Positions 9,612 through 18,747 of a DNA stretch of 64,000 bases are shown here, piece by piece; within the stretch, counting starts at the first letter, position 1; each line of letters opens with the position of its first letter. The notes beneath the pieces are model-generated. The model worked only from the letters and a program-made list of their open reading frames with translations, was not told where the DNA came from and did no database searches. The DNA comes from an uncultured Planctomycetales bacterium (lineage in GTDB: Bacteria; Omnitrophota; Gorgyraeia; Zapsychrales; JAHFFX01): the NCBI GenBank assembly GCA_964612665.1, contig CAZTCI010000008.1:1083-65082 (forward strand). The letters run 5' to 3'. The position numbers were made by a program, and so were the translations under genes.

Positions 9612-12600
9612 ATGACGTTAATGTTTATTTATACTTGCAAGTTTTTTAAGCAAATGAGAATTCATTTATTAAAGAATTGGTTAATGCTATGCCTCATCGG
9701 CCTGTTGATGACGCCGCGGCTGGTTTTAGCCATTTCCGACGGGACGGGATCTGAGACCATTCCTATTGGAACAGGTTCCGGGAATAAATTGGATGTCGGT
9801 TCGGGAAAGTTCATTGTCAACGGCAATACCACTAATGTGGGGATCGGCTCAACGGTGCCGGCGGCGAAACTGGACGTGAATGGTCCCGTTAAAATTTGGA
9901 CAGGCGCCGGCACAGATTCGAATGCCACCTCCGCCGGGGAATTGTATGTGGAAGGAGATTTAGAGGTGGATGGGTCGATTTATGGAAATGGGGCGAATAT
10001 CAGCAGCATTAATATTGGAGGTTGGACGGACGGCGGGACGAATGTGAATCTGGTAACGAACGGTGATAACGTTGCGATTGGGACAACGGCGTTTGCATCG
10101 AACGCAAAATTAACGGTCGCGGGCAACGGTTCATCGACGAACATTATGGCGCAGTTCCAGGCATCGGGCGGCTCAGCGAAAGCGACGATTTTAGACAATG
10201 GAAATGTTGGGTTAGGTTCGACGCTGCCTCAGCAGGTGTTGGACTTGGGATCAGGAAAAATTATTGGTGATGGTTCACTGTTGACAAGCCTGCCGAATCA
10301 GGGCTGGACGGACGGCGGGACGAATGTTTATGCGACGACGAATGGGGATAACGTGGCGATAGGAACGACAGGATTTGCGAGTAATGGAAAATTAACCATT
10401 GCGGGTAATGGATCATCGACGGGAATCAATACGCAATGGCAGACGAATGCAGGCTTGGCGAAGATAACAATTTTAGATAATGGAAATATTGGAATCGGCT
10501 CGACGTTGCCTCAGCAGGCGTTGGATTTGGGAGCAGCTGGAGGCATTGTTGGTGATGGGTCATTGGTATATAACACTACTGGATCAGGTTGGACGCATGG
10601 TAGGACAATTCTGTATCTGGAGACGAATAGCGATAATGTGTCGATCGGGTCAACGAATTCGTCCTTGTCGCCTGGGAAGCTGACGATAGCAGGAAATGGA
10701 TCATCAACCGGAATCAATACGCAGTTTCGGGACGTCTCAGGAACAGCGACAATCACAATTTTGGATAATGGAAATATAGGACTTGGTTCGACGCTGCCAG
10801 CGTCATTATTGGATGTGACGAATGGAGTTGTGAAGGTCTGGACAGGAGGAGGAACGGACAATAACGCGACATCAGCGGGTGAATTGTATGTCGAAGGTGA
10901 TTTGGAAGTGGATGGATCGATTTATGGGGATGGGGCGAATATTTCAGGAATAGCTGGTGCTAACGGCTGGACCGATGGCGGAACGAATGTTTATCTGACG
11001 GCGAATGGAGATAACATAGCCATCGGGACGACAGGTTTTGCCTCGAATGCGAAATTGACGGTCAAGGCCAATGGAAGTTCAACCAACATCAGTACGCAGT
11101 TCCGGGATTCATCGGCGAACGCGAAGGTGACGATTTTGGATAATGGAAATATAGGACTTGGTTCGACGCTGCCAGCGTCATTATTGGATGTGACGAATGG
11201 AGTTGTGAAGGTCTGGACAGGAGGAGGAACGGACAATAACGCGACATCAGCGGGTGAATTGTATGTCGAAGGTGATTTGGAAGTGGATGGATCGATTTAT
11301 GGGGATGGGGTGAATATTACAGGAATCGCTGCTGGTGCGAACGGCTGGACGGACGGTGGGACTAATGTGAATCTGGCAACGAACGGCGATAACGTTGCGA
11401 TTGGGACAACGGCGTTTGCGTCGAATGCGAAGTTGACGGTGGCGGGTAATGGATCATCAACGAACATGATGACACAGTTTCAAACGTCAGGTGGGACGGC
11501 GAAGATGACGATTTTAGATAACGGGAATGTTGGGATTGGGACGACGAATTTGGGAGGCATGTTCTCGATTCAAGGAGCGGGAACAACGACGGGACTTAAT
11601 TTTCAAACAAAAAATTCCTCAGCAACGGCGCTGGTGACGATGCAGGATAGCGGGAATGTGGGGCTCGGGTCATCAGTTCCAACGGGAAAGTTGATCGTCC
11701 AAGGGGCGGGAACGACAACGGGGATCACATTGCAGACACAAAATTCATCAGCGACGGCTCTCGTGACGGCGCTTGATAACGGAAACGTCGGGATCGGTTC
11801 AACTGTGCCGACGCAGTTATTGGACATTGGAGGATCAGCAGGGAATATAACGTTCAGCCATGCGACGGGGCCGCATCAGATTGCAACGGGTGGTTCAAGT
11901 GATTTGTCGTTATCACCTGGAGGCAACGTTGGGATCAATACAACCAGTGTAGGAGGAAAATTAGTTATTCAAGGAGCAGGAACGACGACGGGAATTAATT
12001 TCCAGACAAAAGATTCAAGCGCCACGGCGCTGGTGACGGGATTAGATAACGGGAATGTCGGGATCGGCTCAACCGTTCCGGCGTACAAGTTAGATGTTAA
12101 TGGTGGAATTCAAGCGACGGGAGCCGGAGATTCTTATTTGGCGAGTAGTGGAAACAATGTGGGCATTGGCTCAACCGTTCCGGCGCAGAAATTGGATGTG
12201 AATGGAACCGTGCAGATGACCGGCTTTAAATTAACGACTTCCCCGACAAATGGATATGTATTGACATCGGATGCCAACGGTGTGGGGACATGGTCAGCAT
12301 CCGTAAGTGCCGCCGGAGGCTGGACGGATGGTGGAACGAATGTTTATGTGACGACCAACGGCGACAATGTGGCGATTGGGACAACGTTATTTTCCAGTGG
12401 GAAACTAACCATTGCAGGTAATGGTTCTACGACGGGAATTAATACACAATTCCGGACGAACGCCGGAACAGCGAAGATAACTATTCTTGATAATGGAAAT
12501 ATCGGGATTGGTTCGACCCTCCCTCAGCAGGTGCTGGATATCGGATCAAATAAGATCATCGCAGACGGATCCTTAATGACGAGTGTGCCTGGCTCAGGCT

Positions 12601-15600
12601 GGACCGACGGCGGAACGAATGTTTATATGACGACGAATGGAGACAACGTAGCCATCGGGACGACAAGTTTTGCCTCGAATGCGAAATTAACGGTCAAATC
12701 CAATGGAAGCTCAACCAACATCAGCACACAATTCCGTGATTCCTCGGCGAATGCGAAGGTCACAATTTTGGATAATGGAAATATAGGCATCGGTTCAACA
12801 TTACCGCAGATCAAGTTAGATGTGAATGGCGGAGCGGCGCGGGTTTGGACGGGAGCCGGAACGAATACGAACGCCACGTCTGCTGGAGAGTTGTATGTTG
12901 AAGGTGATGTCGAAGTGGACGGTTCAATTTATGGAGATGGTTCGAATGTCGTGACCAGTAGTGGCGGCTGGACCGACAACGGAACAAATATGAATTTGAC
13001 GGCGAACGGGGACAATGTCGCGATTGGAACAACGTTATTTGCGTCAAATGCGAAATTAACTGTCGCCGGCAATGGAAGCAGTACAAATATTATGACACAA
13101 TTTCAGGCATCTGGCGGGACGGCGAAGGTGACGATTTTGGATAATGGAAACGTCGGGATTGGGACAACAAGTTTGGGAGGGATGTTTACAATTCAAGGGG
13201 GAGGAACCACGACGGGCATCAACTTTCAGACGCAAGATTCAACAGCAACCGCATTGGTAACAGGACAAGACAGTGGCAATGTGGGAATTGGGTCATCGGT
13301 ACCGACGGGAAAATTGATTGTTCAGGGGGCTGGAACAACGACGGGAATTACCTTGCGCACACAAAATTCCTCAGCCACGGCGCTAGTCACGGCACTTGAC
13401 AAAGGCAATGTCGGAATTGGCTCGACGGTGCCTGCGGAGTTATTGGACATTGGAGGTTCAGCGGGCAACATGACGTTTAGCCATTCAACGGGTCCTCATA
13501 AGATCATAACCGGAAGTTCAAGTGATCTTTCATTATCGCCAGGGGGAAATGTCGGCATTAATACAACCAATGTGACGGGCAAGTTGACTATTCAAGGCGC
13601 TGGCACGACGACTGGTATTAATTTCCAAACAAAAGATTCAAGCGCTACAGCGTTAGTGACAGGATTGGATAATGGTAATGTTGGGATTGGTTCAACCGTG
13701 CCCGCGGTCAAATTGGATGTTAACGGAACCATCCAATCAACAGGATCAGGAGATTCTTATTTGAATGTAAGCAGCGGCAATGTTGGTATCGGTTCGACGG
13801 TGCCCGCGGCTAAACTGGATGTTAATGGAACTATCCAAATGACGGGATTTAAGTTAATCGGGTCAGTGGGTGGATACGTGCTGACCTCGGATGCCAATGG
13901 TGTGGGGACATGGACCGCGCCGTCAGCGGCAGCGGGGGGTTGGACCGACGGCGGGACAAATACAAATATGTATCTCACGGCGAATGGTGATAACGTGGCG
14001 ATAGGGACAGCCACATTTGCCACCAATGCAAAGCTGACGGTCAAGGGCAATGGTTCTTCGACAAATATTATGGCGCAGTTTCAGTCTTCTGGCGGGACGG
14101 CGCAGGTAACAATTTTGGATAATGGAAACGTCGGGTTAGGTTCAACATTGCCGCAACAGGCGCTGGATTTAAGTTCAGGAAAAATCAAAGGGGACGGTTC
14201 TTTGTTAACAAGCCTGAATCCCGCCGGCTGGACCGATGGCGGAACGAATGTGAAGCTGACGACGAATGGCGATAATGTGGCCATCGGTACAACCAGCTTT
14301 ACGTCGAACGCAAAATTGACCGTGCAGGGCAACGGCGCTTCAACCAATATCATGGCGAGGTTTCGCGATTCATCGGCAACCATCAGAGTGACGATTCTCG
14401 ACAACGGCAACGTGGGGATCGGAAGCTCGGCGCCAACAAGTCCTCTTGAAATGACGTCAACAGCAAATCAAACGATGCTTACCGTCCGTCAACTTGATAC
14501 AGGCGCCAACAGTGTTCCTATAATGACCACTTTGGGAGACGATGTGAGCGATCGGGCGTTTCAACTCGGGATAAGTTCAGATTCGATTAAACGGTTAAGT
14601 ATTTTAACCACTGGTGAAGCGGCATGGGGAGCGGGGGGTGGATCAACTCGGGATACGCGATTGTATCGTTCAGCGACCAATACTTTAACAATGGATGATA
14701 ATGCCGGCGGCGCAGGAACATTGAAGGCGACAGGAACAACTAATTTGGGGACGGTTTCAGGGAATGTGGGCGTTGGTACAACTAATTTGACGGGACGATT
14801 GACAATCCAAGGGACAGGCACAACCACAGCGCCTAATTTTCAGACGAAAAATTCAAGCGCAACAGCACTGGTGACGATGCAGGACAGCGCAAACGTTGGG
14901 CTTGGGACGTCTGTCCCAGGAGGAAAATTGATTGTGAAAGGCGCCGGGACAACGACGGGGATTACATTGCAGACGCAAAATTCATCGGCAACGGCGCTGA
15001 TTACAGCATTAGATAACGGCAACGTAGGCATCGGCTCGACGGTGCCAGCGCAGGTATTAGATGTCAACGGCGAGATCCGTGTCGCGACGCTCGCCGCCGC
15101 GGCGGCTACAACGGTCTGCCGGGATGCGAGCAATAATCTTTCGACCTGTTCTTCGTCGAGGGAATTTAAAGATGATATTGAATATCTCAGCGCTGAACAA
15201 ACCGCAGATATTCTAAACCAAATTAAGAATTCAAAGATGGCTTCATTTTATTTTAAGACTGATCATCCGGAGATGAAACGTTATGGGATCATTGCGGAAG
15301 AAGCGCCGCAACCGCTGCGTTATATTGATGAGCATGGCCATCAGAATTTGGATTTCTATTCCGCCCAGCTGGGTTATCCGTGGGTGGGGATCCAGGCGTT
15401 GATTCGGCGGATGGAGACAATCGAATCAACGACTTCTTCTGATGGTCGACGCAGCTTAGGCATTTATGATAACGGTAATTCGGGAGCTTTGCTAACGATC
15501 GACTGGAACAAGAGTGATAATCAGAAAGTCCTGTTAACGGACAATTGCACATTGAACTTCTTACCGCCCGACGGCGTTGACAAGCTTTTTTTGAAGTTGG

Positions 15601-15773
15601 TTCAAGATATGATTGGTTCGCGTCAAGTCATCTGGCCAGAAACAGTCAAGTGGCTCGACAACAACGGCCAACCGCCGGTGTTAACGATAACACCAGCAAC
15701 CGGCACTGATTTGATTAGTTGTTTTTACGACGGAAGTGACTATCTGTGTACCTCTTCACTGGATTTTAAATAA
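9612..15773 (+). CDS. Giant secreted fibre-like repeat protein (paralog 3, ~2050 aa) with C-terminal S74-like intramolecular-chaperone domain.
   Basis: A 6.1-kb ORF. The N-terminal signal peptide is (MRIHLLKN)WLMLCLIGLLMTPRLVLAIS. The start is either 9612 or 9654. It carries the same repeat classes as paralogs 1 and 2. The C-terminus is SSSREFKDDIEYLSAEQTADILNQI..KRYGIIAEEAPQPLRY. Confidence 0.8.
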   Translation: MTLMFIYTCKFFKQMRIHLLKNWLMLCLIGLLMTPRLVLAISDGTGSETIPIGTGSGNKLDVGSGKFIVNGNTTNVGIGSTVPAAKLDVNGPVKIWTGAGTDSNATSAGELYVEGDLEVDGSIYGNGANISSINIGGWTDGGTNVNLVTNGDNVAIGTTAFASNAKLTVAGNGSSTNIMAQFQASGGSAKATILDNGNVGLGSTLPQQVLDLGSGKIIGDGSLLTSLPNQGWTDGGTNVYATTNGDNVAIGTTGFASNGKLTIAGNGSSTGINTQWQTNAGLAKITILDNGNIGIGSTLPQQALDLGAAGGIVGDGSLVYNTTGSGWTHGRTILYLETNSDNVSIGSTNSSLSPGKLTIAGNGSSTGINTQFRDVSGTATITILDNGNIGLGSTLPASLLDVTNGVVKVWTGGGTDNNATSAGELYVEGDLEVDGSIYGDGANISGIAGANGWTDGGTNVYLTANGDNIAIGTTGFASNAKLTVKANGSSTNISTQFRDSSANAKVTILDNGNIGLGSTLPASLLDVTNGVVKVWTGGGTDNNATSAGELYVEGDLEVDGSIYGDGVNITGIAAGANGWTDGGTNVNLATNGDNVAIGTTAFASNAKLTVAGNGSSTNMMTQFQTSGGTAKMTILDNGNVGIGTTNLGGMFSIQGAGTTTGLNFQTKNSSATALVTMQDSGNVGLGSSVPTGKLIVQGAGTTTGITLQTQNSSATALVTALDNGNVGIGSTVPTQLLDIGGSAGNITFSHATGPHQIATGGSSDLSLSPGGNVGINTTSVGGKLVIQGAGTTTGINFQTKDSSATALVTGLDNGNVGIGSTVPAYKLDVNGGIQATGAGDSYLASSGNNVGIGSTVPAQKLDVNGTVQMTGFKLTTSPTNGYVLTSDANGVGTWSASVSAAGGWTDGGTNVYVTTNGDNVAIGTTLFSSGKLTIAGNGSTTGINTQFRTNAGTAKITILDNGNIGIGSTLPQQVLDIGSNKIIADGSLMTSVPGSGWTDGGTNVYMTTNGDNVAIGTTSFASNAKLTVKSNGSSTNISTQFRDSSANAKVTILDNGNIGIGSTLPQIKLDVNGGAARVWTGAGTNTNATSAGELYVEGDVEVDGSIYGDGSNVVTSSGGWTDNGTNMNLTANGDNVAIGTTLFASNAKLTVAGNGSSTNIMTQFQASGGTAKVTILDNGNVGIGTTSLGGMFTIQGGGTTTGINFQTQDSTATALVTGQDSGNVGIGSSVPTGKLIVQGAGTTTGITLRTQNSSATALVTALDKGNVGIGSTVPAELLDIGGSAGNMTFSHSTGPHKIITGSSSDLSLSPGGNVGINTTNVTGKLTIQGAGTTTGINFQTKDSSATALVTGLDNGNVGIGSTVPAVKLDVNGTIQSTGSGDSYLNVSSGNVGIGSTVPAAKLDVNGTIQMTGFKLIGSVGGYVLTSDANGVGTWTAPSAAAGGWTDGGTNTNMYLTANGDNVAIGTATFATNAKLTVKGNGSSTNIMAQFQSSGGTAQVTILDNGNVGLGSTLPQQALDLSSGKIKGDGSLLTSLNPAGWTDGGTNVKLTTNGDNVAIGTTSFTSNAKLTVQGNGASTNIMARFRDSSATIRVTILDNGNVGIGSSAPTSPLEMTSTANQTMLTVRQLDTGANSVPIMTTLGDDVSDRAFQLGISSDSIKRLSILTTGEAAWGAGGGSTRDTRLYRSATNTLTMDDNAGGAGTLKATGTTNLGTVSGNVGVGTTNLTGRLTIQGTGTTTAPNFQTKNSSATALVTMQDSANVGLGTSVPGGKLIVKGAGTTTGITLQTQNSSATALITALDNGNVGIGSTVPAQVLDVNGEIRVATLAAAAATTVCRDASNNLSTCSSSREFKDDIEYLSAEQTADILNQIKNSKMASFYFKTDHPEMKRYGIIAEEAPQPLRYIDEHGHQNLDFYSAQLGYPWVGIQALIRRMETIESTTSSDGRRSLGIYDNGNSGALLTIDWNKSDNQKVLLTDNCTLNFLPPDGVDKLFLKLVQDMIGSRQVIWPETVKWLDNNGQPPVLTITPATGTDLISCFYDGSDYLCTSSLDFK

Positions 15774-15787
15774 CTTAAAACCTCCAC

Positions 15788-15825
15788 CAACCGCGGGGAA
15801 TGAACAGGTTCATTCCCCGCGGTTG
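15788..15825. repeat. REP-like perfect palindrome (caaccgcggggaatgaac-ag-gttcattccccgcggttg). It overlaps the 3' end of the RAYT gene and probably acts as a bidirectional terminator.
   Basis: An 18-bp perfect inverted repeat, extended by acctccacc. Related copies are at 16651-16729 and 59359-59400. Confidence 0.8.
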
Positions 15826-16448
15826 AATAGGTATTGGGTCATTGAGTCCTGATAATCGAGGGAATGAATGGGCATCACATCCTGCCATTGGCAAAGACAA
15901 TCAGATGGCGGGATGTTTTCGCAATATTCAGCATAGGAAGAATATTCCCAAGCCCTGGGGGATGTCACAATTTTAGCTTCTACAGGATTCGCATGGAGAT
16001 AGTGAGAAGTTGAAATAAGATCTCCCAGCCCATCAATGTGGCGTCGTCCGAAGCGGCTTTGCCATAATGGCCCACGGCGGTTGCGCAGTAAATTGAAATA
16101 AAGCGAATATCCACCAAAGACTTTATTGATAAATTGGCTGATGCCATTATCAACGGTCTGTTTGAGGATAAAATGAATATGCGTTTTCATAATGCAATAA
16201 GCAATGAGTTGAATAATTTTTTTCTTTTGAGCACTTGAGACAATTAAGCTGGTTTGAAATCCAAGCTGTTGAGTTTGATTGGATTTCAAGAAATGACAAA
16301 AAGGCACCGAAAAATCCCACTGATAATACTGAATGAGTGAAAGCATGCGGATGTAATCTCGAGGCCGGTTAAAAATTTTGTAACCGTAAATACTTTTTGA
16401 ATAAATGTGGTAAATTTCTCCGGTGATGAGTGGTGTTGGTTTTTGCAT
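15810..16448 (-). CDS. REP-associated tyrosine transposase (RAYT; IS200/IS605-family Y1 TnpA-like).
   Basis: The HuH motif (THIHFIL) and the catalytic Tyr motif (SHYLHANPVEAKIV) are present, together with LWQSRF and GYKIF blocks typical of RAYT/TnpA_REP. The gene is flanked on both sides by inverted REP palindromes. The likely start is ATG 16448, preceded by a GGAGG RBS; the longer ORF to 16481 is an alternative. Confidence 0.8.
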   Translation of the reverse strand: MQKPTPLITGEIYHIYSKSIYGYKIFNRPRDYIRMLSLIQYYQWDFSVPFCHFLKSNQTQQLGFQTSLIVSSAQKKKIIQLIAYCIMKTHIHFILKQTVDNGISQFINKVFGGYSLYFNLLRNRRGPLWQSRFGRRHIDGLGDLISTSHYLHANPVEAKIVTSPRAWEYSSYAEYCENIPPSDCLCQWQDVMPIHSLDYQDSMTQYLFNRGE

Positions 16449-16650
16449 TAGAACCTCCTCTGTGTCGGGAGAGAAGCCCATCCCAAAACGCAGAAAATGA
16501 ATAAGTTCATTCCAGCGCGAGCGCGGGGGTTGGTAGAGTTTTTAATTATAATTTTGGGGAGTTTTAAAAGGAAATCTGGGAAGGTATTTTAATGGGCATA
16601 TTATAAATTTTTATTATTCTTCGTCAAGAATCATTTCAACCAATCATTTT

Positions 16651-16729
16651 AACCGCGGGGGTTGAATGAACCTATTCAACCGCGGGGAATGAACAGGTTC
16701 ATTCAACCCCCGCGGTTGGTGGAGGTAAA
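16651..16729. repeat. Nested REP palindrome cluster (BIME-like) on the 5' side of the RAYT, in inverted orientation relative to the 15788 copy.
   Basis: The arm ccgcgggggttgaatgaac pairs with gttcattcaacccccgcgg. An embedded second copy is caaccgcggggaatgaacaggttcattc. The terminal ggtggaggt is the reverse complement of acctccacc at 15779. Confidence 0.75.
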
Positions 16730-16835
16730 ATCTCTTGACAAAATTGTTTAATAGAATTATTTTCTATTCATCATTTCCTGCCGATAGGACGTTGTTTACT
16801 TTGATTCTCAACTGATAAATTGATAGAAATTTAAA

Positions 16836-17237
16836 ATGAAGTCCCCAAAACTCGGTCCACGAAATTTTTTAGTGTTTTGTTTTTTAGGATTGTTTTGCTT
16901 TTTTTTGACACCCGCCGTGCACGCGTTTTTATTGTCATTTGCGCTCACTGACACGGATTGGGATCTCGATAATTCTATTCAAGCGCTCAATTCTCCGACC
17001 GCTGATGTGAATTATATTTTTAAAGCTAACACGCAAGATATTTTGATGAGCAATCAGGATATTGAACCCACTTGGTTTTCTAAAAGTAATTCCAACGAAT
17101 TATTTTCGATTCAAAATGAAAACGCTCATGTCCAGGAGGATGCCTTCCAAAAACTTTTAGATGATGGCGAAGCCGGTTCCTTCAAAGAACCAACGCTCGA
17201 AGAAAGAATGAAAACGAGTTTTATTTTAAAAAAATGA
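16836..17237 (+). CDS. Hypothetical secreted protein (133 aa) with signal peptide.
   Basis: The N-terminus has a hydrophobic signal-like segment (FLVFCFLGLFCFFLTPAVHA). No similarity to known families was recognised. A hairpin terminator follows. Confidence 0.4.
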   Translation: MKSPKLGPRNFLVFCFLGLFCFFLTPAVHAFLLSFALTDTDWDLDNSIQALNSPTADVNYIFKANTQDILMSNQDIEPTWFSKSNSNELFSIQNENAHVQEDAFQKLLDDGEAGSFKEPTLEERMKTSFILKK

Positions 17238-17259
17238 AATGTAATTAAATTATTTATGA

Positions 17260-17300
17260 AAAAAACCCCGCTTCAATATTGAAGCGGGGTTTTTGTTTTT
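17260..17300. terminator. Rho-independent terminator, probably bidirectional, between convergent genes.
   Basis: The hairpin ccccgcttcaatattgaagcgggg is followed by ttttgttttt and preceded by an A-run. Confidence 0.7.
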
Positions 17301-17350
17301 CTCGATCTATTTTTATTATAGATTATTTCCCATGATGTTCGTGATTATGC

Positions 17351-17614
17351 TCAGTTCTTAAGGACATGCTTGATTTCGCCGTATCCTAAATGTTCCTTTC
17401 GCAGATCCGTAATCCGTTTCCCATCGACATTAAATTGTTTCTCAAGTTTTTCAACCACATGTTTTTGACCATCAGGTGATTTTGCCTCGTCATCCATTTT
17501 GGCGTCGTCTTTGCTTTCAGCGTGGTCTTTTTTATCATCCGCATAAACAACGAATGAAGGTGCTGTTAATGTTAGAAACATTCCCAACGTTAAAAACAGA
17601 AGCAATTTTTTCAT
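17351..17614 (-). CDS. Small secreted or periplasmic protein (87 aa), charged and Lys/Asp-rich.
   Basis: The signal peptide is MKKLLLFLTLGMFLTLTAPSFVVYA. It lies downstream of the OMP gene on the same strand. Confidence 0.45.
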   Translation of the reverse strand: MKKLLLFLTLGMFLTLTAPSFVVYADDKKDHAESKDDAKMDDEAKSPDGQKHVVEKLEKQFNVDGKRITDLRKEHLGYGEIKHVLKN

Positions 17615-17637
17615 TTTTTTCCTGTGATTAGGTTTTA

Positions 17638-18468
17638 CTAGAACCGGGCGCTCGCTCCAGCGGTAACCCCGACCGCCGGAGAACCCTTGGATAAGCCAAT
17701 CATCAAATCACCGAAGACTTCATAATCCTGATCAATTTTATGATTGATTGTAAAATCTAAATCCCGCGGATTGGGCCGGCCGCTCACTAAATTTGTCTGT
17801 TCTTCATAAAAAAGTCCGACGGCCGTGTCTTCGGTAAATTGATAGAGTCCGCCGACATCAAAAGAAAATTGATTGTTCAAATCAATGCCTTTGGGATCGC
17901 CAATAAAAGTGTAATAAAGATCAAGGTGTAAACTCCATTCCGTGTTAAGGGTCTTGCTTGTTTCGAGTCCCAACGTCTCGTCCCATTCACCGGTGCCTAA
18001 TCCTTCATCTTTATCAGCGGTGGGAAGTTTGATTTTGGCGACGGGAGAGAGATTGAAGGGAGTCGTTGTTGATTCCGTTAAAAGGTAATAGCTGCCTTTG
18101 ACAAGGACATCGCCAATGCCTTCACTGCTTCTTGTCCCTGAATTGCTTTTGCTCGTTTGAAAAGGACGGCCGGAAAGCGCGCTAATGTTTCGTCCTGATT
18201 CTTGATAAATGTAAGGAATCGTGACCGCCAAATCACCGGCACTGAAATATCGTTTGAGAGTGAAGGGTATGTAGACGGTATTGGTAGTTGCATCTGTTCC
18301 AAAGTCGCCGGAGTCGTAGCTGATGGCCGCTGAGAATTTCCAATCTTTTTGCGCTGTTTCGGTTGAAGGAGTTTCCGTCGAGATGGATTCAGTTTTTTCT
18401 AGAACAGAAGCCCACAGATTTGTGGAACATAGGAGGGTTGCAGCAATAATCAAAACGTGTCGTTTCAT
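17638..18468 (-). CDS. Putative outer-membrane beta-barrel protein (transporter/MetA-pathway-like family).
   Basis: There is a signal peptide (MKRHVLIIAATLLCSTNLWA). The sequence has an amphipathic beta-strand pattern, aromatic girdle residues, and a C-terminal Phe (..ASARF) typical of OMP beta-barrels. ATG 18468 is the preferred start; the ORF opens at 18498. Confidence 0.5.
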   Translation of the reverse strand: MKRHVLIIAATLLCSTNLWASVLEKTESISTETPSTETAQKDWKFSAAISYDSGDFGTDATTNTVYIPFTLKRYFSAGDLAVTIPYIYQESGRNISALSGRPFQTSKSNSGTRSSEGIGDVLVKGSYYLLTESTTTPFNLSPVAKIKLPTADKDEGLGTGEWDETLGLETSKTLNTEWSLHLDLYYTFIGDPKGIDLNNQFSFDVGGLYQFTEDTAVGLFYEEQTNLVSGRPNPRDLDFTINHKIDQDYEVFGDLMIGLSKGSPAVGVTAGASARF

Positions 18469-18747
18469 AGATGTTGTTCTCCTGGGTGTTTTGCGCAAAG
18501 CTGTGATATTGATTATTAAATTGTGTAGTAATAGGCAAAATTATATACGATGAACCAGCGATTGGCAATGTCGAAAAAATAGCGCCCGTCACAATGAAAA
18601 GTCAAGGAGGGCGCAATACAATACAGGAGTAGATTATTATCTTTAAAACTCGCCAGTTTTTTTTCAAAAGATTTTTAAAAATTCCTTCGAAAAAACTTCA
18701 TTCTTATATTGAATAAGTAGACTATTTATTTAATATATAAATGGTTT

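Noticed and set aside
453-15552. Dozens of 60-240-aa antisense or off-frame ORFs inside the three fibre genes (e.g. 453-716, 753-1088, 5057-5320, 7511-8221, 14081-14410).
   Set aside because: All lie wholly within the long sense ORFs, and the same peptides recur because the underlying DNA repeats recur. They are low-complexity (P/V/T-rich) reverse-frame artefacts of Gly/Asn-rich coding sequence.
1-15773. Prophage tail module interpretation of the S74-domain fibre genes.
   Set aside because: No terminase, portal, capsid, baseplate or integrase genes are in the 64 kb. The genes carry Sec signal peptides and sit among chromosomal housekeeping and cell-envelope genes. This is kept as a caveat in the finding rather than as a call.
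17925-17945. tRNA-like T-arm motif (gtttcgagtccc).
   Set aside because: It is inside the OMP coding sequence, with no acceptor or anticodon stem context. No tRNA genes were convincingly identified anywhere in the window.
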